DNA of 40,248 nt from Cyanobacteria bacterium J06626_4 (GCA_038523235.1 JBCBJQ010000052.1:1-40248); one strand, 5' to 3'. Numbered from the stretch's first letter, positions 10,831 through 21,039 are shown. Numbers and translations are program-made. Notes: generated from the letters alone by a model not told the origin.

Positions 10831-11718
10831 CTAGGGTGATTCACCGGCATGGTAAGAGCTGCGCACTAGAGGCCCCGATCGCACGTGAGAGAAGCCAAGA
10901 TTGCGGGCCATATTGCCCAATTCTTCAAATTCGGCAGGCGTCCAATATTTTTGCACGGGCAAATGGGCCAGCGAAGGACGCATGTATTGGCCCAGCGTGA
11001 CGCGATCGCACTTCACCTTTCGTAAGTCTTTCAGCGTTTCCCGCACTTCGGCGACCGTTTCGCCATGCCCGAGCATGAGCCCTGATTTCGTCGGCAGGGT
11101 GGGAGTGGCTGCTTTGGCGTATCGCAAGACAGCTAAGGAGCGATCGTAGCGACCGCCTCGGCGCACCGGGCCCTGTAGGCGTTGCACCGTTTCGACATTG
11201 TGGTTGTAGCAAGCGGGCGCCGCACTCGCGACCGTTGCTACCCGCTGCCGCTGCTGTTCAGCCGCTGCGTCCCCCCCCCAAAAGTCAGGGGTCAACACTT
11301 CCACCTGCGTGTCGGGCAGGCGGGTGCGGATAGCGGCGATCGTTTTGACAAACCAGCCAGCTCCTTTGTCGGGCAAATCATCGCGTGCCACCGAAGTCAG
11401 CACCACATATTTCAGCCCGAGTAGTGCCACCGATTCCGCCACCTTGTCCGGCTCCTGTGGATCTAGCGGCAGCGGGGCATGGCCTTTATCAACTTGGCAA
11501 AAAGCACAGGCGCGGGTACAGGTCGGCCCCATAAGCAAAAAGGTGGCCGTTTTATTGCTGTAGCATTCCCCTCGGTTAGGACAGCGTCCCTCCTCACAAA
11601 TGGTGTGAATGCCCCGTTGCTTCACAATGCGTTGCACTGTTGAAAGCTCGCTGGCCCGGCCAATCGAGGGCCGCAGCCAGGACGGCAAATTAATCAGATC
11701 ACGAGTGGATGACGTCAT
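10831..11718 (-). CDS. lipA: Lipoyl synthase (radical SAM)
   Basis: [20 protein letters not shown] and the C-terminal RSSY motif. ATG 11718. Confidence 0.97.
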   Translation of the reverse strand: MTSSTRDLINLPSWLRPSIGRASELSTVQRIVKQRGIHTICEEGRCPNRGECYSNKTATFLLMGPTCTRACAFCQVDKGHAPLPLDPQEPDKVAESVALLGLKYVVLTSVARDDLPDKGAGWFVKTIAAIRTRLPDTQVEVLTPDFWGGDAAAEQQRQRVATVASAAPACYNHNVETVQRLQGPVRRGGRYDRSLAVLRYAKAATPTLPTKSGLMLGHGETVAEVRETLKDLRKVKCDRVTLGQYMRPSLAHLPVQKYWTPAEFEELGNMARNLGFSHVRSGPLVRSSYHAGESP

Positions 11719-12271
11719 ATTCCTCAAACTATCGGCCTTAAGAAGAAATCCCGGTTGCTTGTGTGAAACTACTGACGGCGCTTAGGCGTAGGCGAGCCGC
11801 CCAACCTAACTGCCTCTTGCTCCCCAATCCTGAGGTCTGCCGCAGTTAGGGGTGGTAAAGCAGCCCCACCCTACCCAGTCAATGCAAAGGTAGCCTGAAG
11901 CTAGATTCGGGCATTCTAACCTAGCAGGGTTAGCCGTTAAATTCTAAAAGATAGCGTTGCTGAGGGGTGGGCTTAGCGTGAATTTCTTGTGAGCACAGTG
12001 TTCTCAATTATGCAGACACGACCTTGCACCAGCTGCGCTTGACATTGTCTGTTGCGTGCAGCTAGAAAAATTAGGGATTAGCCTGTAACCCTCAAACTCC
12101 GCTAATATTTGCTTTACGAGTATTCATACTTCAATAGTCGAGAGTTGTTTCCGAACTGGATAGTAATTGCTAAGTTATAAGACGGCAGCATTGAAGCAGC
12201 AGTTTTAACCGCAAGCGCTAGTTTGGAGTTGTTTGCTAGCCCATTGCATCTTTACCGCAGAGGAGTCCGCC

Positions 12272-12817
12272 GTGGCAACGCACAAAATTCTGGTAATTGA
12301 TGATAGTCGCGTCATTCGGATGCGCGTTCGAGACATGCTGCCCCAAGGCAACTTTGAAGTTTTGGAAGCCAAAGATGGGGTCGAGGGTCTCAATGCCATT
12401 CGCGAGCAGCGCCCTAACCTCATCATGCTGGACTTTCTGTTGCCTCGCATGAGCGGTTGGGAGGTTTTTCAAGAAGTTCAAAAGCAACCTGATTTGCAGC
12501 ACATTCCCCTCGTGCTGATGTCTGGGCGTCGAGAAGAAGTGACGGAGAAAATCACGGAGCCGTTTGAGTTCTTTGAATTCATTCAGAAGCCCTTTGAACA
12601 GAAGGAACTGATTGAAGCCATTAAAAAGTCCATGGCTAAGGCTCGGAAACCCCGGCCAAAAGCGGCAGCGGCACCCGCAGCACCCGCAGCGGCAGGCGGC
12701 GATGCGGCACAAATTCAAGCGCTACAGGCAAAAGTTGCCAAGCTGGAGGCAGAGGTTGCTCAACTCAAAGGACAAACGGCCAAGATTTTGGCCTTCATCA
12801 AGCAAAAGTTGAGATAG
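12272..12817 (+). CDS. Response regulator (receiver domain, Ala/Pro linker, coiled-coil tail, no DNA-binding domain)
   Basis: ILVIDD, IMLD (phospho-acceptor Asp), MSG and QKPF. AGGAG precedes GTG 12272. Confidence 0.9.
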   Translation: MATHKILVIDDSRVIRMRVRDMLPQGNFEVLEAKDGVEGLNAIREQRPNLIMLDFLLPRMSGWEVFQEVQKQPDLQHIPLVLMSGRREEVTEKITEPFEFFEFIQKPFEQKELIEAIKKSMAKARKPRPKAAAAPAAPAAAGGDAAQIQALQAKVAKLEAEVAQLKGQTAKILAFIKQKLR

Positions 12818-12909
12818 GCCGTCCTTAGTCCTGCTTGTTGGGAGGGTTTGCCTATCCTGCAAGCAGTTTCTGTCCGCCCAAACAGCATCAAGCAATCGTT
12901 CAAAATGTC

Positions 12910-12957
12910 AAAAACAACGCCGCAATTGTGAATCATCACAATTGCGGCGTTGTTTTT
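12910..12957. terminator. Perfect 22-bp inverted repeat, probable bidirectional terminator
   Basis: AAAAACAACGCCGCAATTGTGA-ATCA-TCACAATTGCGGCGTTGTTTTT between convergent genes, with A and T tracts at the ends. Confidence 0.8.
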
Positions 12958-13034
12958 TGAGCCTGTGTTGTCTTGGGTGAATAGCCAATTCAGCAGCGCT
13001 TAGCAATCGCTGCAATTGCCCATTCGATGGCCTA

Positions 13035-13235
13035 TCAATCAATGAGATTGACCTTGCCCACTCGTACATAATCTAAAAGACGGTTGATATGGAAGCGGTC
13101 AGTCGATTCCATATCGGGGTTTGACAACATTGCCGAAGTTAGTTTGAGATGTTCTTGGCGGCTAAGTTGGCGTGATTTGACAGCCCGTTGAACCAAAGAC
13201 TGAATAGCCGACTGACCAGGAACTACAGAGACCAT
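13035..13235 (-). CDS. Small hypothetical protein (66 aa)
   Basis: ATG-start ORF filling an intergenic gap, with amphipathic helices and a terminator downstream. Resembles small cyanobacterial proteins ending INRxxDxxxxGxxxLxD (recollection). Confidence 0.7.
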   Translation of the reverse strand: MVSVVPGQSAIQSLVQRAVKSRQLSRQEHLKLTSAMLSNPDMESTDRFHINRLLDYVRVGKVNLID

Positions 13236-13527
13236 GACGCACTCACTTGTTACTCAAAACGATTTCCACTCAGGAAACAAGGACAAAACCATTGCTGACT
13301 AGTGAAGTCTGGCATGCACTTGCCCTGCTCTCTAGCCCAAGACTATCGCCTGACTTGCCCCCTTGAGATCAGGAGAGTCACCGATCACACAAACCCTTTA
13401 CAGAGGCTTGTCAGAGCTTTCACAGACGTTTTTGAGGAGGAGGCTATTCAGGCTTACGGTATTCACGGTGAGAAGTCTATTTACACCCCTTAAGCTAGGG
13501 AATAAGCCATCGTCAATTAACAAGTCT

Positions 13528-14301
13528 ATGGAAATTTATCGGCTGCCCGCCCTTTCAGACAACTACATTTTTCTGCTATTTGATGCCGCCACTCAGACGG
13601 CGGCAGTCGTTGATCCGGCGGAGCCAGAGCCAGTTTTACGGCAGCTAAAGCAATTAGGCGCGACCCTAACGACGATTTTCAACACTCACCATCATGCGGA
13701 CCATGTGGGGGCTAACCGCTCCCTACTGCAGCATTTTCCTGAAGTGGTGGTGTACGGGGGCGAAGTGGATCGGGGACGGATTCCTGGGCAACAGGTGTTT
13801 TTGTCAGAGAACGATCGCGTGGCGTTTGGAGATCGCGAGGGACTCGTCTATTTTCTGCCGGGGCATACGCGAGCCCATATCGCCTACTACTTTCCGCCCG
13901 TGACGGGCGATGACTGGGGCGAGCTGTTTTGCGGCGATACGTTATTTGCTGGGGGCTGTGGGCGACTATTTGAAGGTACGCCGCAGCAAATGCTGACGTC
14001 GTTAACGAAGTTGCGATCGCTGCCTGACACCACCCGCATTTGGTGTGCCCACGAATATACGCTCAAAAATCTAGAATTTGCCATCACAGTAGAGGGCAAC
14101 AATCTCGCGCTGCAACAGCGTCTGAAGGCAGTACAGGCAGCGCGTCAGCGTGATGAGGCCACGGTGCCTTCACCCTTGGGGCTCGAAAAGCAAACGAATC
14201 CTTTTTTGCGGTGGGATGTGACCGTCCTACAGGCCACGGCTCGTACCACTGATCCGGAGCAAACTTTTGCCCATATCCGAGGCTTAAAAGATCGGTTTTA
14301 A
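13528..14301 (+). CDS. gloB: Hydroxyacylglutathione hydrolase (glyoxalase II)
   Basis: [29 protein letters not shown] and EKQTNPFLR. True start is probably ATG 13528, not 13363. Confidence 0.95.
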   Translation: MEIYRLPALSDNYIFLLFDAATQTAAVVDPAEPEPVLRQLKQLGATLTTIFNTHHHADHVGANRSLLQHFPEVVVYGGEVDRGRIPGQQVFLSENDRVAFGDREGLVYFLPGHTRAHIAYYFPPVTGDDWGELFCGDTLFAGGCGRLFEGTPQQMLTSLTKLRSLPDTTRIWCAHEYTLKNLEFAITVEGNNLALQQRLKAVQAARQRDEATVPSPLGLEKQTNPFLRWDVTVLQATARTTDPEQTFAHIRGLKDRF

Positions 14302-14397
14302 CTGAAACGGTTTTGAGTCTGCTAACCGAACAGCACCAGGGCATTGAGCAAACCGTAGTTTAGGTGAGCGTCCGAGTTGAGAGAACGCTTTGGATGC

Positions 14398-14856
14398 CTA
14401 GGCGATGGCTTGAGCGCCATTAAAGAGCAAAAGGGGCAGCCAGCTGAGCCCCAAACCAATGAGAGACAGCAAAAAGAGAGTGGTGAAAGCTAGGCGATCG
14501 CCCATGCCATCAATCAGGCAATCAACCTTGACTAACAGAGCTGCGGCGATCAGCACCACGATGTAGGCAAACGCGCGGATCTGCACGACGGCGAGAACCG
14601 TGAGCGAGGCCAGCAGCAACACCATGACGGAATAGCCCACGTCAGTTTTAAAACCCTTGAGCACAAAGTCTCTAGTCGGCTGCCAGAGCAGCGTCAGCAC
14701 GCCAGCTTTGGCAACAGCGAACACGAGGGTCACGAGCCAGACATATCGGCCAGATTCGTCGGCATGTAGCAGCTGCCCATAGGTGGCATAGGCCAAAATG
14801 AGCAACCCCCAAGACAACCAATGACTTTTAAGTAACGAGGGTCTTGCCTGTTTCAT
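14398..14856 (-). CDS. Hypothetical integral membrane protein
   Basis: 152 aa with about five hydrophobic segments, co-oriented with the upstream ferredoxin. Confidence 0.75.
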   Translation of the reverse strand: MKQARPSLLKSHWLSWGLLILAYATYGQLLHADESGRYVWLVTLVFAVAKAGVLTLLWQPTRDFVLKGFKTDVGYSVMVLLLASLTVLAVVQIRAFAYIVVLIAAALLVKVDCLIDGMGDRLAFTTLFLLSLIGLGLSWLPLLLFNGAQAIA

Positions 14857-14893
14857 TCCACTGACCAGGGGCTACAAAGTGAACGTCTCGATC

Positions 14894-15298
14894 TTACAAA
14901 TTGGTGGAGATGGCCTGCACGGGGCACGAGGGAATGCACTGCTCGCAGACAATACAGCGTGATCGCGTAAAAGTAAGTTTAAAGGAGTTGGGGTCTAGGC
15001 TGAGCGCTCCCGTTGGGCAAACGCCAGTACACAATCCACAGTGCACGCAGCTCTCAGCATCGACTCTGATTTCTCGACTGGTCTGCGAAACCTCAATATC
15101 ATGTTCTTGCAGCCAGACAATGGCATCCTCAACCTGATCAATATCGCCAGAGAGTTCTACGAGCAATGTCCCGATTTGATTCGGGGCAACTTCGGCCCGA
15201 AAGATATTCGCAGCCACGTTGAAGTCCTTGGCTAATCGATAGGTAATGGGTTGATGAATGAGCCGTTTGGGAAACGTCAGCGTCACTCGTTTTTTCAT
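14894..15298 (-). CDS. NIL-domain 2[4Fe-4S] ferredoxin
   Basis: N-terminal NIL-like domain (FNVAANIFRA). Two CxxCxxCxxxCP motifs: CVHCGLCTGVCP and CIVCEQCIPSCP. Confidence 0.9.
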   Translation of the reverse strand: MKKRVTLTFPKRLIHQPITYRLAKDFNVAANIFRAEVAPNQIGTLLVELSGDIDQVEDAIVWLQEHDIEVSQTSREIRVDAESCVHCGLCTGVCPTGALSLDPNSFKLTFTRSRCIVCEQCIPSCPVQAISTNL

Positions 15299-15373
15299 GG
15301 CCAACGTGAGGGGTGTGTCCGCTATCTTAAAAGATAGAGATTTTACGATGGGATAACTGCAAAGGTTTTCAAC

Positions 15374-15982
15374 ATGGACCAGTCTTCAAAGGGTGTCTCG
15401 GCGGTCGCTTCGCCGCCAATCGCCGCCAACATGGCCACCAAGGTGCGCAACTTGATTGTCGTCAGCGTGGCAGTCTTTCTGGCAGTGTTGCTCGTCTTGG
15501 GCATTCGTACCCAAACGCCAGCCGCCTCGTTAGAAACCTTAGCCGCAGACTCCACGCCGTTAGAAACGGCACTCGTCAACGGAAAGCCTTCGTTTGTTGA
15601 GTTTTACGCCAACTGGTGTACATCTTGTCAGGCAATGGCGGGGGACATGGCCGAGCTGCGCACCGCCTATGGTGACCAGGTGAACTTTGTCATGCTGAAC
15701 GTTGACAACACCAAATGGCTCCCTGAAATGCTGCACTATCGGGTAGATGGAATTCCTCACTTTGTCTACTTAGATCCGGCTGGTGAAGCCATCTCGACGG
15801 CCATTGGCGAACAGCCGCAAACGATCATTGCCAGCAATTTAGACGCGCTGGTTGTGGGCACAGACTTGCCCTATCAAACCGCCCTGGGGCAAACGTCAGC
15901 TCTAGAGTCTCCTCAAGGTGCTGCCATCGCGCCCCGTAACGATGATCCCCGCAGCCACGGTGCTCAAGTGGTTGTGGACTAA
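15374..15982 (+). CDS. txlA: Membrane-anchored thioredoxin-like protein TxlA (HCF164-like)
   Basis: TM anchor, EFYANWCTSC, VNFVMLNVDNTKW, VDGIPHF and a DPRSHG tail. Confidence 0.88.
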   Translation: MDQSSKGVSAVASPPIAANMATKVRNLIVVSVAVFLAVLLVLGIRTQTPAASLETLAADSTPLETALVNGKPSFVEFYANWCTSCQAMAGDMAELRTAYGDQVNFVMLNVDNTKWLPEMLHYRVDGIPHFVYLDPAGEAISTAIGEQPQTIIASNLDALVVGTDLPYQTALGQTSALESPQGAAIAPRNDDPRSHGAQVVVD

Positions 15983-16120
15983 GCCCCAATCTAATCAGGA
16001 ATTGAGTCGGCTAGCAGGTAGGCATTTTTGATATGCGCTGTCAGCGCGATTCTCTGATTTGCACCGGCTTTACCTCTGGCCAGAGCGGCGCGCGCGGAAA
16101 TATGCATGTCAGCCGAGGGA

Positions 16121-16759
16121 TTAATCGAGCAGTGCCGCTTCGAGGGCAGAGATCGCCTCTTCCAGATCGTCATTGATAATTTGCAGGTCAAACTCATCTG
16201 CCGCTGCCAGCTCGGCTCGAGCCCGCTCCAGACGACGCTCAATCGCCGCTGCATCATCTTGAGCGCGATCGCGAATACGACGCTCAAGTTCAGCCGCTGA
16301 GGGCGGCGCAATAAAAATCTTCAATGCTTCTGGAAAGGAAGCCGCGACCTGACGAGCACCTTCTAGCTCAATTTCGAGAATCACTTGATTACCACGCTCA
16401 ATCTGCACCGCCACGGGATGTTTAGGCGTGCCGTAATAGTTTCCGGCAAACTCGGCCCACTCCAGCAGTTCACCGGTCTGAATCATCGCTTCAAACTCAT
16501 CCCGAGTGACGAAATAGTAATGCTGGCCATGCACTTCACCGGCGCGGGGTTGGCGAGTCGTTGCGGAGGTTGAGAGATACAGCTCTGGATGACGGGCCCG
16601 CAAACGTCCCAACAGCGTGCCTTTGCCAACTCCGCTCGGGCCCGTCAACACAACTAATCGCCCCGGTGCCGTCACTGTGGGATCGGCGCTGTCGGCGATG
16701 CCCCCTTGGGCAGGCGACGACGGCAATGCAGAAGAGTCAGAAACAAGAGTATGAGTCAT
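16121..16759 (-). CDS. gmk: Guanylate kinase
   Basis: [25 protein letters not shown] and LEIELEGA. Confidence 0.97.
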   Translation of the reverse strand: MTHTLVSDSSALPSSPAQGGIADSADPTVTAPGRLVVLTGPSGVGKGTLLGRLRARHPELYLSTSATTRQPRAGEVHGQHYYFVTRDEFEAMIQTGELLEWAEFAGNYYGTPKHPVAVQIERGNQVILEIELEGARQVAASFPEALKIFIAPPSAAELERRIRDRAQDDAAAIERRLERARAELAAADEFDLQIINDDLEEAISALEAALLD

Positions 16760-17246
16760 GGGAGTTTGAGGATGACACCAAGGAACAGAATTGCGAACCT
16801 AGATATGAGAAAAGAAGGCTCAGCTCAAATCAATGAGAGCCAACAAGAGAGTAATGGGCAAAGCAGGTTAAAGAAAGCCGACCTAAATGCCTGTCTCCGA
16901 TCAAACATTAAGGGATGAATTTGCTACAGGATAGCAGGATCTCTCAACTTTAGCCCTGTGCTGGCATCGTCGAAGCAAGCCATCTAGTGGCCAGACAGCT
17001 CTCAGAGCAAGGCGTCACCCCAGGTTTTTCCCGGTGGGCAGCAAGTTTTGGCGTTTTGGCATGGCTCAGCGCAGTCACGCTGTTGCAGCCTTGTGCACAG
17101 TTCATCGCCCTCGGGCCCTGGGGAAAGGCTAACCGCTGTCGAGTTAGCTGGGCGAAAACAGCGATCGCCCAGATTGCCCGCGTTTTTTCCTGAAATCACA
17201 GGGGTATCAGGAGAATTAAGATAGAGTCCTATCCCTGTCACTGCTC

Positions 17247-19394
17247 GTGGTTACTGTTGCCCCTGTGCTGCCCATCAACTCCCAAGTTTTACCTGGTCAC
17301 AATCAAGTGGTGTATCAGCAGCTACAGGCCGCTGTACAAGCGACACCGCCCCACCAGGTATGGATGGCCACCTGTGATGATCTGCCCTTGCAGCGTCAGT
17401 TAGCCGCCACCCTGGAAGAGAGCCTGCAGGATGGCACCGAGATCGCGGCGACACAGCTCGTCCTCGATACTGAGTGGCCGGATGTAGCTCAGCAGGTGCA
17501 GCAGTGGGGGCAGGAGATGCCCGCGGCCCGACCATCTCTTCTGCAACTTTTAGGCATTGAGCAACTCACCTATCGCGGCTCGGATGCCCAGTATCAATTT
17601 CTGCGATCGCTGCATCAGTTGCTGCCGCTCTGGCAACAGTTGAACTGTAGCTTGCTCATTTGGGTGCCGCGACCCTGGTTGAAACAAATTCGGCGAGAGG
17701 TGCCTCAGCTTTGCACCACCGTGTTTGAGTTTATGGGCGAGCCCACGCCCATTTCTGCCATTGTCGGACAGCCCACTTATCAGGCCGCGTTTTCGCCCGT
17801 CAGACGCTGGCAATTTTTAGGCAAGCCGGCCCCAGAAGTGCCCGCCCCACTCCCCGCTGACAGTCGCAGCGAGGCATTTTCGGTACAGCCAGGGTCAACT
17901 GCTGTGCCCGCCGTGCCCCGTACAGCCGCCCCCAGCGACGCGGAGGCCAGTGCAGCTGAGTTAGGCACTTCGCCCGCCTCGGCTGATGATGATGAGCTGC
18001 CCCCCTTCTCGGATGATCTGTGGCAACAGTTGCAGGCCGACCTATCAGAGTTTGAGCAGTCGCAGCCACCCCATGAGCCCGAGCAGCCGGTAGCAACCAC
18101 CCCAGAGATGGATGAGCCCGCCGCCACCATTGACGAACCGGCGCAGCTCGAACCCCCTGCAGCTCAGCCTCCAGCAGCCATCGACCCGGTCGCAACGAGT
18201 GCGCCCACGACCGGGTCGCTACCGCTGGCGGGGGTACCAGCGCTGGATGATTGGGCGATCGCCTATGAGCTGCGCGATCGCGTCCAGGCCGGTGACCACA
18301 GTCCGGCCACCTTGGCCGCAGCAGTACAAGCCTATGAGCAACAAATTCCCCAACTTACCGCGACTGATCGCACTGAAGTGCTGAACGACCTGGGCAGTCT
18401 TTACTGGCTCTGGGCGCAGCAGGCCACCACGGTAGAAAATTACTGGCAGCGACTACTGCGCAGCAGCGAACTCTATGAAGCGGCGTTATCACCCACCAGC
18501 CCCCACACCGAGATTGAAATTCTTAACCGCATTCACAGCAACTCGGGCAGTGTTTATAGTCTGCTAGCGGCGCATCAAGAGCCACTGCAGTATCTGGCGA
18601 AAGCAGTGCGGGCTTTTCACCGGGCTCTGCAGTATGCCCCTGTTGAGGTCATGCCCGAAGAGTACGCCACCTTGCAAACTCACCTAGGTACCGCCTACTG
18701 GAGCCTCTCACAACACACTCAAGAGGCACATCATTTACATCGGGCGATCGCGGCCTATCAAGAGGCCCTGCGCCAATCTCACCCCCAGCAGCAGCCCCAA
18801 GCCTACGCCCAACTGCAAAATAATCTGGGCATTGCGCTGTGGAGTCTCTCCCGCCATGAGCGACCCATTTTCCTCTTGGAACAGTCCATTCAGGCCTATC
18901 AAACGGCGCTGGCCTACCGCACCTTAGAGCACGACCCCGCTGGGTGTGCGGCGACCCATAACAACCTCGGTACCGCCTATTGGGATCTCGGCGGTCACTA
19001 CGAAGAACGCTCAACCGAACAACAGCAAGCTTGGCAACAGGCGATCGCCGCCTACGAAGCCGCCCTATTGGCTGGGGAGCAGGCCCCCGCTGGCCACCTC
19101 AGTTTTGATCAGTGGGCCACCCACCATAGCGTCGGCGTGGTGTATGACCAGTTGGCGATCGCTTTGGCCCCTGATGCGACAGCGCAGCAGCCGCTACTAA
19201 CTAAAGCCACGACCCATTACATCAAAGCGCTGACGGGCTGGCAGGCGATGGAGGCCGCCACCACGGATACGGCCTTTCAAGCCTTGGTGAGAAACTTGCA
19301 TCTGCAGTCGCGATATCTGGGCATGGAATCGCAGCAGCAGTCTCTCAGCCAAGTGCCGGTGGACTGGCTGCCGGAGATCTGGCGTCAATTGTAA
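17247..19394 (+). CDS. TPR-repeat protein with N-terminal alpha/beta domain and Pro/Ala-rich linker
   Basis: Repeats LNDLGSLYW, HLGTAYW, NNLGIALW and NNLGTAYW, most followed by AIxAYxxAL. Confidence 0.85.
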   Translation: MVTVAPVLPINSQVLPGHNQVVYQQLQAAVQATPPHQVWMATCDDLPLQRQLAATLEESLQDGTEIAATQLVLDTEWPDVAQQVQQWGQEMPAARPSLLQLLGIEQLTYRGSDAQYQFLRSLHQLLPLWQQLNCSLLIWVPRPWLKQIRREVPQLCTTVFEFMGEPTPISAIVGQPTYQAAFSPVRRWQFLGKPAPEVPAPLPADSRSEAFSVQPGSTAVPAVPRTAAPSDAEASAAELGTSPASADDDELPPFSDDLWQQLQADLSEFEQSQPPHEPEQPVATTPEMDEPAATIDEPAQLEPPAAQPPAAIDPVATSAPTTGSLPLAGVPALDDWAIAYELRDRVQAGDHSPATLAAAVQAYEQQIPQLTATDRTEVLNDLGSLYWLWAQQATTVENYWQRLLRSSELYEAALSPTSPHTEIEILNRIHSNSGSVYSLLAAHQEPLQYLAKAVRAFHRALQYAPVEVMPEEYATLQTHLGTAYWSLSQHTQEAHHLHRAIAAYQEALRQSHPQQQPQAYAQLQNNLGIALWSLSRHERPIFLLEQSIQAYQTALAYRTLEHDPAGCAATHNNLGTAYWDLGGHYEERSTEQQQAWQQAIAAYEAALLAGEQAPAGHLSFDQWATHHSVGVVYDQLAIALAPDATAQQPLLTKATTHYIKALTGWQAMEAATTDTAFQALVRNLHLQSRYLGMESQQQSLSQVPVDWLPEIWRQL

Positions 19395-20071
19395 GGGTCT
19401 GAAACAACGCCTAATTGTTGCAGCGCAGCCAGCGCCGCTGCCTTTTCGGCATCCTGTTTGCGGCGTCCGCAACCGGTGCCCCATACTTGGGGGCCAATGC
19501 GGACAGTGGCAGTGAACTCTTTAGCGTGATCGGGGCCCGATTCCGCCACAATGTCGTAGGTGGGGATTGTGCCAGCTTGAGCCAATGCCCATTCTTGTAA
19601 AGCGCTTTTTTCGTTGATATTTTGGGTGGGATCGGCCAGCGACTCCACCACCGACTCAAACAAGGGAAACACAAAGTCACGAACGGGTTCGATGCGCGAT
19701 CGCTGATCTAAGAAGTAGGCGCCGATCCACGCTTCAAAAGCACTGCTGAGCAAGCGGGTGTTGGTTCTACCGCCACTGCCCTCGACCCCTTTGCCCAACC
19801 GCAGATGCTGCGACAGCGCCAACTGCTGGGCAAAGCGGCCCAGCTGAGTTGCATCTACCAACGAGGCCCGCAGCGGCGTTAGCGTGCCCTCAGCACTGTG
19901 GGGATACCGTGCAAACAAAAACTCACCGCATAAAAAAGTCAGAATGGCGTCACCCAAAAATTCCAGTCGCTCGTTGTCACCGGGTACCTCGGCATGCTCA
20001 CGGGCATAGGATTTGTGGGTCATCGCCTGACGAAACAAGTCAGGATTTTGAAAGGGTGGCAAACTCGCCAT
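19385..20071 (-). CDS. rnc: Ribonuclease III
   Basis: NERLEFLGDA signature, FEAWIGAYFLD and a dsRBD (KSALQEW...GPDHAKEF...KQDAEKAAA). Start uncertain: ATG 20071, or upstream as far as 20164. Confidence 0.93.
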   Translation of the reverse strand: MASLPPFQNPDLFRQAMTHKSYAREHAEVPGDNERLEFLGDAILTFLCGEFLFARYPHSAEGTLTPLRASLVDATQLGRFAQQLALSQHLRLGKGVEGSGGRTNTRLLSSAFEAWIGAYFLDQRSRIEPVRDFVFPLFESVVESLADPTQNINEKSALQEWALAQAGTIPTYDIVAESGPDHAKEFTATVRIGPQVWGTGCGRRKQDAEKAAALAALQQLGVVSDPYN

Positions 20072-20270
20072 GCCAAAAAATTGCTGCAACGCTTCGATGA
20101 TTGATGGTAGCCGTTTTGGCTGCCAAGAACGGGAGATGTAGACAACATTGCCGAGCGACATCAAAAACTGGCGAAATCAAAACCCGAGGAAATTAGCCAA
20201 ATGGGCGCAGCAAACCGCAGTCAGGCCAAAACATTCCAGATGACTGAAGCCGTTATTTGACCAGCATCTC

Positions 20271-20298
20271 AATACCGAATGCCGAATGCCGAGCTCCG
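20271..20298. repeat. Degenerate heptamer tandem repeat (STRR-like)
   Basis: AATACCG AATGCCG AATGCCG AGCTCCG. Confidence 0.5.
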
Positions 20299-20365
20299 AT
20301 TCTGCTATGGCTTCAGGTCTGCTTGTGAATCCGAAGCGAGCCCCCGGCTCGTTGAACGGGTTGAC

Positions 20366-20968
20366 TCACCCCTTGCAGGGGCGCTTCAACATGAGGTCAA
20401 CCATGGTGGTGATATAGCGCTCTTTGCTCAACGGCATGATGTCGCGACCGTGCAAAATATATTGGGTTAAACACATATAAACGGCTGAACCGAGAATGAT
20501 TTGGGCCGTCGCCAGCGAGTCGGCAGCGTCAAACTCAGGATGCTCATTGAGATAAGCCTGCATGAGCTCTAGTCCAGGCTTTGACAGGTAGGTAATGAAG
20601 GTTCTGGCCAGCTCAGGAAACCGCCCCGATTCACCGATCACCAACCGGACAAAGTCTTGATAATCTTCATCCTCGGCGATCGCATCCACCATTTTGGTCA
20701 GCAACTGCGGCAGCGAGTCAGCCGGCGGCTCTTGCAAGGTTTCAGGGGTGAACTTAATTTGAAACCGCTCACAGGCAATCTTTTGCACTAGGGCGCGAAA
20801 CAGCCCCTCCTTATCTTGAAAATGGTTATAAACCGTCGGCTTTGAAACCCCTGCAGTGGCCGCAACGCGATCCATACTCGTGCCCGCATAACCATGGGCC
20901 AAAAATTCTTGCAGCGCGCCATTCAAAATTTGCGAGGCTTTATCGGACTTGTTCAAAGCAACGGTCAT
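20366..20968 (-). CDS. TetR/AcrR-family transcriptional regulator
   Basis: HTH GYAGTSMDRVAATAGVSKPTVYNHFQDKEGLF. C-terminal ESGRFPELA motif. Confidence 0.93.
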   Translation of the reverse strand: MTVALNKSDKASQILNGALQEFLAHGYAGTSMDRVAATAGVSKPTVYNHFQDKEGLFRALVQKIACERFQIKFTPETLQEPPADSLPQLLTKMVDAIAEDEDYQDFVRLVIGESGRFPELARTFITYLSKPGLELMQAYLNEHPEFDAADSLATAQIILGSAVYMCLTQYILHGRDIMPLSKERYITTMVDLMLKRPCKG

Positions 20969-21003
20969 AGATAAACGGTCATAAATTAAATAAAATTCTG
21001 TAG

Positions 21004-21039
21004 CTTGCCTTGATTTTAATCGCTCCCGATCAAGGCAAG
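21004..21039. promoter_or_regulatory. 11-bp perfect inverted repeat upstream of tetR (operator or hairpin)
   Basis: CTTGCCTTGAT-N14-ATCAAGGCAAG. Confidence 0.45.

Noticed and set aside
13363..13527. 55-aa N-terminal extension of GloB
   Set aside because: Family similarity begins at [13 protein letters not shown]; the extension starts at TTG and covers the probable promoter region.
16760..17246. Small ORFs between gmk and the TPR gene
   Set aside because: No motif or Shine-Dalgarno support; best read as a divergent promoter region.
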